This document shows, piece by piece, positions 37,957 to 51,924 of a DNA stretch of 64,000 nt. The stretch covers positions 13,826,001 through 13,890,000 of the forward strand of contig JAQFVV010000003.1 of the NCBI GenBank assembly GCA_028023455.1, read 5' to 3'. Origin of the DNA: Epiperipatus broadwayi. Lineage: Eukaryota > Animalia > Onychophora. Below the pieces are notes generated by a model. The model saw only the letters and a program-made list of their open reading frames with translations, was not told the origin of the DNA and ran no database searches. Every line of letters begins with the position of its first letter. Positions within the stretch are counted from its first letter, which is position 1. The position numbers and the translations under genes are program-made.

Positions 37957-38560
37957 GGACTTTAAGATTGTTTGTAATTGTTTATAAACCGTTAAAAATA
38001 TTATTTCAATTATAATTACAATATTGTTTTTAATTAAAGGATATTTTATTTATTTTATATATATATAATTTCTGCTATAGATACAAATAAATAGATAAGT
38101 GAACTAAATTGGTTAATTTAAGCCTTATAAAACATGACAAAAAAGCCTTCACTGTAACATTTGCCTTCATTATACAAACCTTAATTTAATGAGAAAAAGT
38201 ATAATTTCTTCACAGTGAAAACCTTCAATGAGGTATCATTGTAGAGAATTGAGAAGGCAAGAACTGAGAATAATCAATTTCACTCAATAATATGTTAAAT
38301 TATATTGATACAAATGACTTGAAAGATTTCTTTCTAACTAATATAAAGATTAAACATATTAAATCTTAATTACTAAACTTTTAAGAATAGCAACTAAAAA
38401 TCAATTATTACAAGAAACTTCCAAATAATCATTCAATGAATAATTTATTAAACAATTTGTTATATACAGTTAAAGACACTTCATAGTGACATAGTCCATG
38501 AAACAAGAAAAATAATCAATAAATAAGTTATATACATATATGAAATAAAATCTATAAATT

Positions 38561-39351
38561 ATGCGTTTAGCCAATCAGATTGCCAATACTGGGACAGAGA
38601 ATTTAACAAGAAAAGAGCGGTTCCACTCTCTTCTTTACTTGTCTGTCTATATATCCAAGCCAGTCCAAAGTACTTAATCTGCCAGCATGAATCTTAAATA
38701 TCTTCACACTTAACTCACTGAGTTCTAATTATAAACATACAGCATGAAATCTTTCGATTTACTACGCAGTAGTTTTTAGATGTTATAACTTGCAGCAATA
38801 TATGTAAATAATATTTTATTTCTACAAACGCAGACGGTATTGAAATAAACTGAGAGAGTGCAAACCTCTCAAGCGTTTAGCCAATCAGATCGCCAATACT
38901 GGGACAGAGAATTTAACAAGAAAGGAGCGGTTCCACTCTCTGTCCCAGTATTGGCGATCTGATTGGCTAAACGCTTGAGAGGTTTGCACTCTCTCAGTTT
39001 ATTTCAATACCGTCTGCGTTTGTAGAAATAAAATATTATTTACATATATTGCTGCAAGTTATAACACCTAAAAACTACTGCGTAGTAAATCGAAAGATTT
39101 CACGCTGTATGTTTATAATTAGAACTCAATGAGTTAAGTGTGAAGATATTTAAGATTCACACTGGCAGATCTAAGTACTTTGGACTGGCTTGGATATATA
39201 GACAGACAAGTAAAGAAGAGAGTGGAACCGCTCTTTTCTTGTTAAATTCTCTGTCCCAGTATTGGCGATCTGATTGGCTAAATGCTTGAGAGGTTTGCAC
39301 TCTCTCAGTTTATTTCAATACCATCTGCGTTTGTAGAAATAAAATATTATT
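38561..39351. mobile_element. Young palindromic insertion of a 312-bp tandem unit, 10-bp TSD
   Basis: GCGTTTAGCCAATCAG at 38563 and 38875. The inversion junction is near 38910-38937. TCTATAAATT flanks at 38551-38560 and 39352-39361. Confidence 0.9.
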
Positions 39352-42300
39352 TCTATAAATTTAGCTAAATTCGTAAAAACAATGACTAGCAAAAAGATAC
39401 ATAAAGCTATATAAACAATCTATATATAAAGTCAAACAAAACTAATATAGCAATTAAAATATATCCAATAATTTAATTTTCCTAATATGCTAAATAAATG
39501 TACTTATAAGATTATGTTCTTTTTGTCTTTTAATACAATAGGGTCTGCTATAACAAATCTAATTGTTTTCAAAAGATTGTTAGTTATATTATCCATTGTT
39601 GTAACTTAGATTGAAATATATATATATATAAAGGTAAACCATTGTGGACCTATATGCTAAAGTTATCAAGCAAAACAACTATTTAAATTAAAAAAAAAAA
39701 TTTACAAAATCAGAAATATAAATGGCAAAAAAAACAACTTATGAAATTAATTGCTATACATATAACAAATTTTGATATTAGTGACAACTAAAATTAAACT
39801 TTTAAAAACATATAATAAAAATTAAAATACACTTATTGTAATAAAAATTCACAGATCACTGATTTAGTCATATCATATTTAGAACTTCATTGGAAATATT
39901 TTTTTATTGATTCTTTTTTCTGTTTGGTAATGAAAATTAAAAATGATTTTCTAAAAGTATTAAAAAACTTATGCTATTAAAAATCACTACATTTCCATGT
40001 TCTTGCTTAAAAATTTATTTTGATAGCATTAATTAGCCTTTTAATTCAACCTTGCTTTTCAGAAAAGCTTTGGAACAATTTGTGCATAAACATCCTAAAT
40101 TAACCAATGGAGTTCATTGTAGTATTTTTGCTTATTCATAATTTTACAACTTTTTCATCTGAAACTTTTTTTTTCACAATAATATTAATCAGTTTTCCAA
40201 TTCTTGATTCCAGGGTTAAGACTAAAATTGTTACAATATGCAGCAAAATAATTAACATATGAATAGTATATTTTCATTGCCAAAGATATTCATGATAGAA
40301 TTCTTCATTGTAACATTTGCCTTCATTGTATATTTCTTAATTTGGTGATTAAAAAAATGATCATTATATAATTTCTTCACAGTAAAAACTTTAATTATGG
40401 CAGGGATGCAATGTAGAACAGCAAGGTAAAAAAAAGATTGTTACTAATAAGTTTAGCAAAACAATGTGTTAAATAGTATCTATATAAATGAAAAAGATTT
40501 ATTTTTAACTAATATAAAGATTAAACATCACTAATATGGAAGTTACAATTCCTATGTCTTTTTAGATTAACAATTTTTCTAGGTTTAAAGAGTTCATTCA
40601 ATTAAATAAAAATATGTGGGACCATAATATCCATATGATGCAATATCTTTGAAGACATGTCGAATAGAAAAAAATACCCCCCCCCTCAATTTCTTCAATG
40701 CATTGCTAAAAAATAGATACAGGAATTAAATAACAGTAGAAATAAATTTTGATATCTAGTAGATTAACACTTATTTCTCAATAATGAATTTTTATAATCA
40801 GGAAAACAAAAATTTACTTTACTTGCAGTAAATTTCAGGTCAACTTTTAAATGACATTTAGCAATTAAAGTTTATATTATTTTCTTTTCTATACTAAGAT
40901 CTCTGCTAGCTTTTTAATAACACTTATATAAAGGCACTTGATCAGCAGAAAAATATTTTAAAAACTTAGTGGATAAAGAGTTTCTATTTTTTTTCATTTT
41001 TCAATTGGAATTTCCTAGGAAAAATGAAAATCGTGAAATCTAAAATTAAGATCAACAAAACAAAAATAGGCTGCATATCAATCAGAAAAAGAAATTTTAA
41101 AAATAAAATAAATCTTTTTTTTTTTAAAAAAAAATTATCTTAGTAATTTTATCTAGATTATAGAATATTCTGAATTAAAACCAAAAACCATCCTACTATT
41201 TTATACACACATCCTCAGACTTCCTTTTGATTTTTTTAAAATTTCAGATTGGTGGTTTGTCAGTCTTATTCACCAAAACAGAAAAGCAGACCGAATGTTT
41301 CTTCAATACATAGAAAATATAAAAATAAAATTAGAAAAAAAAAAATATTGGTAAAATCGATTTTTTAAAATACTGAATTTTAAAAAGAACTAATAATAAC
41401 AATGTAAATACATAAACAAACATTTATAAAAATAAAAACGAATCAAAAAATATATATGTATATAAATTGATGTAACTACCTGACACACATATACTCACAA
41501 GCAGCATTAACACAAACATTAGACAGAAAAAACTTGATGTTCAAATAACGTTATAATCTCTCAAGCCAGCAAATTCTATTGATAGCCTTTCCAAAACACA
41601 AGACTTCTCTAAAATTGTAGATTGCTCCTGATTAGAAAGCCTACTTTATCCCCTGTGTCAAGATCAGTAACTTCTTCAAAATGGTGAGGTTTTCCATAAA
41701 TATTAAAAACCTTATATAAACCTGTTTCACACCTTCAGAAGCATTTGCACAATTTTTTGGTATATGAAATAATACTTTAATTTCATTTTCTATCTTCATT
41801 AATTTTCAATCATCTGTCTATGGGTTATAGTTTATAAGTTTTTAGAAGAAACTTATCTGTTATAATATATTGCTAACCTACATTCACACACAGGTTTACC
41901 CTCTTTTTTTTTTAAAGCTTAGTTTAAAAAATAACCTATTGATTTCATAATTAAATTTAAATACATTTTTCCTCTCACAGAAACTAAGACAAGTTCAATT
42001 TACAAAAACCAATCTTAATTTTTGACAATTCATTACTACAGATACTAGTCTACATTGAAGTTTTGAAGAGTTCATATCAAGCAAAGTTTTCTACTCGAAA
42101 TACACTACAACTCTTTTTATCATTTAAATGAGAAATACATCAGACAAGTTGATTTAACTAAATTTTTTGAAGTCATCTTTGGATAACATTTTCTAAGTCT
42201 TTGTATATTTGTAATAATAAAAAAAAAAATTGTTCTGATTTAAAAAGAAACAATAAAAACTTGAGCCGGTGATATTGTCAATCATTTCTGCTGAAAAAAG

Positions 42301-44150
42301 AGCAATTGCTAAAATAAAGTGGACTATAGATAGGCAGAGGACAACAATCATTAATAGAGAGCTTTATAATTCAACAAGTCTATTCAAAAGGTTCATTGTC
42401 AGACTGCATCAGATGCACTATGGACGAGACAAATTATTCCTGTTGCACAAGAGGAAAATACAAAGTTCTAATAATGAAGAAAGCATTCAAAAATAAAATA
42501 CTATTAAAAATAATTTAATCTTTCTTTTGTTTCAAAGTTTTATATAAATGATAAGCTGGATTAAACAAGAGAAAAATTAATTTGTAATAACAAAACATAA
42601 ATGATAATTATGAAAAGTGAATTGAAGAATTTAACATATTTTGTAGTAAATTTAGATTTTTCTAAAAATACTTTATACATTATTATAATATGTTTAATAT
42701 ATTTCAGCAGCCTTTTATATATATAAGCTGCACTAGTATTCAAATATTATTTTAATAGAGATGAGTAAAGATATTTTTTTATGTGTACCAGTGAGTACTT
42801 AATGAGATTTTGTATAGTTGAAATTATATTGTACTTGAACTTAATTAAAAAGAGAGAATATTATTGTAATGGCAGGACTTTTTTTTCCTTTCAGATATGG
42901 CAACTTGACAAAAATATTATTGGTTTTATTTGTGAATAATTTGAATGGGTGGTAAATCATTATATGTCTAATACTCAACAAGACTACAAGAAATACTCTT
43001 GATCTGGTTTTGCTTATTACTAATTAATATGTCTGAAGATCATTCTTTTACCTATCAACAGGGATTTCATTGGTAGCCTAAATTCAGTACCCAATATATA
43101 TATATTTGATTAATTTATGTCATAACAAATGTACTATATATATATATAAATGGATGATCTATAACCTCACAGACTATATAAATCCTGTATTATTACATAA
43201 ATTTTCAAAGAGATGAAGACTACAGTAAGTTTCAAAATTTGTTCACAGTATAGTTATGGATAAATATAAATTAATAAAATTTATTATTATTAAACTAAGC
43301 TTTATGTAATTGTATTTATACCTAATACTTCTACAAGTATACATAGGAAGATTTTATGTTAAAATTATTAGTGCATTAGAGTAGAGTTCAAATCCAAGGT
43401 AAAGCTTTGAAATTTTTATCAAGAATTAACATTTTGAAATAAGTCCAGATGTTTTCAGACAGTTAGCTATTGCTAATCTTGTTGTTATCCAATATTGGTC
43501 AGTAAATGGGTATGTAAATATTTTCATAAGATAGAGTTCAGAAAAATCAATGTTGATAAAATTAATGAACTGATAAAAAAAAAAAAAGCATGATTAAAAT
43601 AAAATGTGACCTACATCAGTAATGATGGAGGAGTCCATGACTTATGGGATGAGTATCTGCAAAAATAAGATACCTTAATAACAATGGAGAATGCTGCATC
43701 ATATTATAATAGTATTGTGTCTTTACAATTAACACACTAATTCTCATCTGATCAATTCAGATTAACTCAATGTGACTCAATTTTAACTCATGGGTATGGA
43801 ATAGTAATGAACTAAGCACCATCATATAAAACCTTAAGACTATGGGCAGATTATCTAAAAAAAAACAAAAAAACAACTAAATCCGATTAGTTTCAAATAA
43901 CAACTTTATTCACACTAAGAACTAAATCCGATTAAAATCTGAAAAATACTTAGTTTTTATTTGGTCTGGCTTTGATATTAAGCAATTAAAGGCCTTTCAC
44001 ATTTACATACATGCACCTAAAAAATTACTAAGACATTTTCCAAATAACTTATCATCATATATACATTATATACTTAAAGCATATAATGCCATAAAATGCT
44101 TTAACTATTATCAGTAAATATACTACACTTTTTTTTTTCCATATGTCAAA

Positions 44151-44222
44151 TGCGTTGATCGGGAAACGAACCCGGGCCAGCTGTTTGGAAGGCAGCTATG
44201 CTAACCGCTAGGCCACCAACGC
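44151..44222 (-). pseudogene. Retroposed tRNA-Gly(TCC) copy
   Basis: GCGTTGGTGGCCTAGCGGTTAGCATAGCTGCCTTCCAAACAGCTGGCCCGGGTTCGTTTCCCGATCAACGCA. Anticodon TCC; mismatches C31-A39 and C49-A65, A58 to T. Followed by a trailer and poly(A); 17-bp TSD at 44115-44131/44228-44244. Confidence 0.8.
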
Positions 44223-46562
44223 TTGACTAAATATACTACACTTTCAGTTAAACAGTACATCACATATTTTTGAAAAACTTAATACATTCAACAAGCTATC
44301 AAATAAGTGCGCAAATTAGTGTGAATTTTAGTCAAGTTGTGCGACTTTGTAAACTGGAACTTATGGGATCCTATCTAGTAAAATATTTACATCGTATTAA
44401 TATTATTTGTCTTAATTAATAGTAAAGAAATATCAAAATTTTTATTAGAACAAACAGATATTATTATATGTGAATCTAAATAATTAATACAGGCACCTAC
44501 AGATTTGATTTCAACTAACCCAATAACTTAAAGGTGTATGTGTGCACATTATAAAAAAGATAGATTTTAATTTCATAAATGACCTTCAACTTTCGTTTCC
44601 AAATAACATTTTTGATATATTGACATTTCGTGATATTTTCTACGATTTCTATTAAGAAAAAATATCAAAACAAATAGTTTTTTTATTTTAAATAAAAAAG
44701 GTAATAAATTTGCTATATAAAGGCTGCCATAGGCAGACAAAAACACAATATAACAAAGTGTAATAATTAATTATATAAATTACTACAAACTAAGCTGATT
44801 AAAAGAAAAACAATCACTAGAGGCCACCACATAACAAGAAATTAACTCGGAAGAGAAGTTATTCCAATATGAGCAAATAACGAGGCTGATTGTGATAATA
44901 TTTATTTATTTTAAAATATTAATTTTTTTTTAAACAACTTCCAATAATAAGCTGTTTTAAAAACTACTTACAATGATAAGATAGCATACAGAATATAATA
45001 AATAAATAAAAAACCTGAACTTTGAAAAAAAGAAAGAAAATTATATATATAATTTTAGAGCCACGTTAATTAATTAATATAAAACAAAACTCTAAAATTA
45101 TTTGATTGGAAAGGGGTGGCGTAGGAGTGAGTGTAAGAGTAGGTCAAGAATCAAGAAAAACTTGATTAAAAAAAAAAGATAATTACTTGCTTTTCCTGCA
45201 AAGAGATTATAACAAAAGAAAAACTAGAGAAAAAAACTAGTAGAATATTTTTTAATATGATTACAAATATAAGAGATGATAAGAATCAACACATTTATAA
45301 AAAGAAAAAAACTGATGTAAGGGGAATGTGCAAACATCAAGGCAATTATTTTTTGAAAAAATAAAACTATCAGTCGGGCAGACGAACAATATAAATTTAT
45401 TAAAGGACTCCATATATTCCAAGGTATATTTAATGCTCTGAAGCTAAACCCGTTCCGTTTTGCAAGCGATCTTTTTAAATAATGCACGCTTAATTTTATT
45501 ACATACACTCTAATCAGAATTAAATTAGTCATATAAATATTTATTTATATAAAAAAAGAAAATTACTTATTCAGGAGATAAGATTACAAATGCAAAAAAA
45601 AATAAGTCATGTTTAATATGAACTTGAAAAGCATTACTGTATTTATCAACACAATTTCCATTGACATTGATACACTTGTACCATTACATTTTCAATCCTT
45701 GAAAATAGCTTGTGCATTTCTTATTCAACCTCTTCAACATTACTATTTTTTATGAATAATTGAAAGCCAAATCTTTCTGGTAGGAGCAACATAAAGTTTG
45801 CTTTTAAGTGAAATGGGACATATAGATTATACTGAGACCTTGAAGAAATTGAGAAAAGAAATAACCATGTGCACTCCAAATATAGTCTTTGTTGTTCTAA
45901 ATGTTCTTGTCATTGTAACTTATGACAACGTGGCAAGTTGGATTGTAAAAAAATATATATGTGTTGTTTACTAACATGTATGAGTAATATATTTAGTGAT
46001 TTTCACATCCAAGTTTAGACCAAAAAAAAATACCATAGTTTTCCTTAGAAGTCTAATACTTTCTAAGTGAGATATGGTAAGAATATACTGATAAAAACTG
46101 ACCTAGGGATAGAACTAGAAGAGAAAATAATAGAAAAAAAATGGATATATAAAATTGATGAGTAATAAAATTTGCTCTATGAACAACAATCTAACATATC
46201 ATTCTCGTCATGGACATGTTGAATATATGCCAGAAACTATGTAAAGCAGAAGCACTTTCATCCAGCAAAAGATCAATAATGGCAAAAAACAATGATGAAT
46301 ATGGGTAATACCTATATCAAGAGCCTTGAGCAGCTTAGCTTGATGATGATAGTGATGAATTTAAAACAAAAGAATAAAGACACCTAGATTAATTTCCAAA
46401 TGAATGTTTTTTTTTTAAAAAAAATCTTTGATCAATTGAATAAAACTATTAAGTTTAGTCTATGACTTTGGTAATTTGGATGACACATAGTTTCTCAAGC
46501 AACAGACTAAACAATTTATTTTATAAAACTAAGAGCTGTCTTTCTCCATTTATCCAGTTTCC

Positions 46563-49500
46563 TGCTCCAGGGCCAATTATATTGTGGCAGCTGGATTGGA
46601 TAATTATATAATTTGTTTAAAGAAACCAAACACAAAAAGTTTAACAATAAATTCAAGAGTTTATTTAATCTAATAATGATAAGATCCTTTATTATCGAAA
46701 GCGTGTCGCTCGATATTAGAAAAATTTTAGTCATTCAAAAGGCAATCAGAATCGCCATTATTCTAACCTTTGCAATCTGGCTATCCAGATGCAAATGTAT
46801 ATTTGAAAATGCCAATCGCAGTGTCTGCAACATCTATATCAAATTACTCAAGCAGCTCAGGAACAGAGATAGATTGCTGGCTCTGAACTAGCTTTTTCAT
46901 GAAACCTTGGCTAGGGTCACCCTCCCAGAGGACTGAAGGAGGGCAATGGTCCCCAGTCTCAGACCACAGCAAGCTCTACAGAATGACTGCCTTGCAACAG
47001 TGTAAAAAGAATATAGCTATGTATAGATAAACATGTTCAATTGTATCTAATAAATTTTAATTTATTTTACTAAAAAAAAAATGATTACTTAAAAAAAAAA
47101 AAAATTAACAGATAAGATTAGTAAATCAACTGATTTTTAGTTAGTTGAACATTAAATCAATCTAGGTAACATAACAATTCATATCTCTATAGATAATTAA
47201 TATGTAAAAGTATCTTCACAACTGTATTCTGTGACTACTTTACTGCTCAAAAACATCTCTTGAGATAGTCCAATTAGATTATGATTAGAGCTTTCTTTAC
47301 TGCTAATACTGGTTTAGTCTACTCTTAAGAGTTTTCAAGTCTGCTTCCAGCTTTTCTCTCTCTTTTTTTTTCTACATTACTACTTCTCTAAACACCACTG
47401 ACTGAATTAAACTGACAAAATACCATTTTAAGTGCTGCAAGCATTTTTATCAACTTTTCTAATTTGCATAAGATTAGACTTTATTGACATGCAAATTAGT
47501 CTGTTGCTTCTTGTAGTAATCTAATTTTATTTTCTGCATATCATTATTATTTCTGGAGTGCACTAATACTTCTATACTGACCAGCCTGTACACACCCAAT
47601 GTATAACATTACTCCCTTCACTCCAGAAATATGCAGAATTTTATTTACACAGAATTTTTTTTTTGCGGTTTTTGCTCCACCAATAATATAGTCTTTTAAC
47701 TTTTTAGGTGTTCACTTCTGTCTAATAGGTCTCTTTGGAGTCACTTCTCCTTCTGTAGTCTTCCCTTCCTGTTCACCATTTATTTATATAGCTTCTTCTT
47801 GAACTGAGGAGTTATTTATCTGGTATTTTTAATTCTATGTTAGTAGAAACAACAGTCTCATTATTATTAGTTATATTTGTAGTAGTTAACTATATCCTCT
47901 AGTATTTCATTTTGTTATTTCTTTTATGTGGTTAACATGGCATCTCATGGACTCTCTCATCTTCTAACTTTATTTCATGTATTTGTGTAGACACAATTCT
48001 ACTAATTATTCTCAGAAGCCATTTTTTCTTAATTACATCTCTAATCCATATGGTCTGGTTAACTTTAAATCTGATATTTTCCAAATCTTCATCTTTCATT
48101 TTACTTGATCTTAAATTACAATAGATAAAAGCCTTGTGATATGTCATTTCATTAATAATTCTGCCAAAGTTTTATTCATAGCAGAACTAGACTTATAGGG
48201 CTGGTATTCTTTAACTAAGCTTTACTGTCTATTGACAAGCTTGACTTCTTACAGTTTTTCCAATATTACTGTTTATGTTTGCCACGTAATATACAAATGA
48301 GCTAGTTCTTTCATACTTACAATTCCAGGGTGTTCTTGGTATAGCAATTGTAGAACACATTTCTTCCCTTTAGATAGAATCACTACACAGTCCATCATAA
48401 GAACATATTAATGACAGGTTGATAAACGATCTGGATATTCCAAATTGCCAGAGATAAATTATTTGGTCATTTATTTGGCCATTCATATTTTAGCCAATTC
48501 TTTATGACACTATATTCTTTATTCCTTTTAATCCACTCTGCTATGTCTTTGCTATGAACTATTTTGGACATCAATTTATAAAGTAATGGAAACTTATTTC
48601 AGACATTTATTTTTACTGTAACAGTTTTAACATGTCCAATACTTATTTCCCGAACATTTACATTCTTCACCGCTCTTATTTGATGATAAATCAATTTTAG
48701 ACATTTGTTATTACAAACTTTTACTTTTAACAATTTAGACATATCATCACTTTGTTATAATTTCTTTACAGTTGCAAATTTTTAAACACTCCTTTCCTCA
48801 ATTTATTTTTTATCAGTAAATCCTGTTTTGTCAATGATCTATCAGGTCACAGCTAAAACATTTTTTCGTTTTAAACTTACACATATGTTTTAAATGATCT
48901 GTTTTACCATAGCAATAAGAGGAGTCTGTTTTAATTTCCTTTGTATCATTCATGGCTTTGCCACTTTTAGATGTATTTCTGAGATATCTAAATCTGTTGC
49001 ATTTTTGAAGATTTCCATGTGTTCTAAAACAGCTTCATGAGCTATAATACATTCAGTAAAAATCTTATATGTCAGCATTAGCTTGCTTTATAGTATCTGT
49101 CTAAGCTTCACATCTCTGATGCTCCATAAGAGGTGTTCCAATAGCATTTCATTGATAAACTCCTTGAATTCATAATCTTTCACCATAGTATTAAATCATA
49201 ATCACTTATAGTTTCATTTTGGAATTGCATCCTACTACGGAAACGAAGAAGCATTGTAAATTTCAACATCTATTTAAAGCAAGCATTTAGTTTTATTAAT
49301 AACTCCTTGTATGGGATTTCGTCAGGGGGTTTTGGATAACATAAACAATTTGCCAAATAGTAAACTGACAACTTTCAATTTATCGTCAATTATTCCATTC
49401 ATGAGCATGTATTGCTCCACATGGTTCATGTATATCTATGACTGTCCTGGATTTTTACATCAAAGGTTATTGTTACTCTGTGCTGTAAATTTCTTGAATT

Positions 49501-50275
49501 ATTCTAATTACTAATATATACTTTCAGGCTGTAGCATAATATCTTTACAGTTATCCAATTTTTACTGCATCATATAATATTTCACAAGTATTCCAATGAC
49601 ATAATATACTTCCAGCTTCACAAATTACACCAATGACTGCACCACATATATATACAACTTTAAATCCTCTATCAACTAGGCCACTTAATGTATCCAGGGC
49701 CAAACTATATTCTGGTAGCTAGATAATTATATAATTTGTTTAAAGAATACAATCACAAAAAGTTTAACAATAAATTCAAGAGTTTATTTACACTTAATAG
49801 CAATAATATTAGTAGACAGGATTAGTAAATCAACTGACTTTTTGCTAGTTGAACACAGGACCAATCTACATCATATAACACTTCATATCTCTATAGATAA
49901 TTAATATATGTTTCTTTACAACTGTAATTCTGTAAGCACCTTACTGCTCACACATATCTCTTAAAATAGTCTAATTAAATTATAACTAGAGTTCTTATTT
50001 ATTGCTAACACTGATTTACTCTACACTTAAGAGTTTTCCAAATCTGCTTTCAACTCTTGCTTTTTTCCTTCTTTCTTCACATTACTATTTCTCTAGATAT
50101 CACTGATTGAACTGAGCTAACAGAACACCATTCTAAATTTTGCAGCATTTTTATCAAATTTGCTATGCATAAGGTTAGACTTTCCTGACATGCAAATTAA
50201 CCTATTGTTACTTGCAGTAAACTAATTTTCTTTTCTGCAACACTGTCTATACTAACCAGCCAGTACATGCACATA
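46563..50275 (-). mobile_element. Degenerate, internally deleted and rearranged Gypsy LTR element
   Basis: Direct LTRs at 46563-47608 (with ~440-bp insert) and 49689-~50275. PPT GGAGTGAAGGGAGTAA before TGTTATA on the minus strand. Integrase C-terminus (FKVNQTIWIRD...KW), zinc knuckle (DHLKHMCKFKTKKCFSC) and RT remnants lie between. Confidence 0.75.
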
Positions 50276-51924
50276 CACTTTATTAAAAAAGATATATATA
50301 CAACCACTCAATATACAACAGCTATTTTAACTTTTTTTTTTGTTTTAAAGGAAAAGCAATGATAGTAGACAATGCCAAAAAATATTATTAATCAAAATAT
50401 AATATAAAATCACAACAAAACAAAAACAATTGCTATTAGGTGATATCATTTCTAAATAATCATATAAATAGTTTCAGAATTATCTATTATCTGTTTCATT
50501 TTTCAGGCTTCTTAATGGCACATTCATAATTATGATGATAGACTACATCCAATTCACTATTAGTTATCCTTTTTTCCATTCATTCTCAAGCTTTGAAAAG
50601 TATTATACACTTTTCTACGAAATTCAGATTCGTCTTAATTTAAAAAAAATAAAACAGTCTCAATAATTGACTTGGTTATATTTTCTATATTAAAATGTTT
50701 AAAAAAGCTTTATATTATGCATATACAGTATACACATTCTAATGATGTAAAAAGCTTAATAGCTCTAAATTTTGAGAGGTTTTATTGTGTAGTGACTAGC
50801 ACAAATGCCTAATAAATTTACATTCAGGGGTCATGGATTTAGCACAAATAGAGTTACTAATCATTACAAATAGATGTGCTATTTTTTTTTTTCAATTAAA
50901 TACCAACCCAGCTAGTCATTCAGTTTCGCTGGCAATTAAGTATCAATTATTATTACTTAAACAGATAAAAGTCACAGGTTAATCTAGGCTAGTCAAGTGA
51001 GTATAAATGGGCTGACTGTAAAATCAAAAAAGTATGGTTATAATATGATGTGGTTTTTATCACTGATGATAAAGTTTTTATGTTTTTAGACGTGTTGAGC
51101 CCATAGCTACCTTTACCATAATAAAGACAAATTACAATTGTTGATAATCAAATATAATTTCTTGATTGCACATTCTATTATCTAATTATTACAACAGCAT
51201 CCCTTCAGAAAGTTTAATAAGTCATCAAAAAATTGACTTTTAATTAAGCAAGTTCACCAATGACTGATATACAAGGGTGAAATTTGGTTATATTTTACCC
51301 AAGAAAGATTTAATAAGTTCACTATCATTGAAAAAAAAAGATATACTACTATTTTCTAATTAAAAAACCCCCAATCATTTAAAATAATTTTATATTACAT
51401 ATACATAAAGAGATATTGGCATAAAGAATACGGAAATGATTAATAAAATATAAATATGAGTTTTGTTTGGAAGGAAATGGTGTACTTAAAATTTATTTAA
51501 TAAAAGCAATAACAGGAAATATGTAAAAATAGCTTTAAAAATAACTCCATTAAAAAGAAATAAATATAAAAAAAATTACTACTAAACAAACAATGAATTG
51601 TAATGAATAATTTTTATTACCCAAACAAATACAATTGTATATGTATGTGCATGAATAGTTGTATATAAATATTTTATAATTTTTCTCAGAAAAATATGTA
51701 ATGTATATATCATTATTTATAATATCATTATTTATTATGAAAGTGAAGAACTTAGATTAAGCAACAAATAAAAACTAGTACTAGATATAGTAAAATGACA
51801 TTAAACATATAAGAATTTAATATATTCAATGTCATGTATATTCACTTTTAACTTATTCATATGTTACAGCCAATGACTGAAGGATAGTTGTATGAGTTGA
51901 TCAAAATAACTGACACGTGACTCC

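Larger units (their letters stand above)
36576..38003. mobile_element. Young palindromic PLE insertion (two 5'-truncated endonuclease/pLTR arms joined head to head)
   Basis: ~705-bp arms at 36576-37280 and 37299-38003 are near-perfect reverse complements with an 18-nt spacer. The insertion lies in a (TA)n tract. Confidence 0.9.
35060..40530. repeat. Old tandem segmental duplication (~35060-38385 vs ~38390-40530), each unit carrying a different palindromic insertion
   Basis: Collinear shared blocks: TTCAATGAATAAT...CAGTTAAAGACAC (35130/38430), AATATTAATCAGTTTTC...TATGCAGCAAAATAATTAACATAT (36490-36570/40180-40260) and TGTAACATTTGCCTTCATT...CTAATATAAAGATTAAACAT (38150-38360/40310-40530). Confidence 0.6.

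Noticed and set aside
42260-42500. ORF with LHQMHYGRDK and TMDET fragments (integrase or Tc1/pogo-like)
   Set aside because: The motifs fall in different frames and point to different families; insufficient support.
46900-46975. GC-rich hairpin with CCTCC and GGGCAA resembling an HDV-like ribozyme
   Set aside because: I could not build P1, P1.1 or P2 pairings; only a simple GACTG/CAGTC hairpin is supported.
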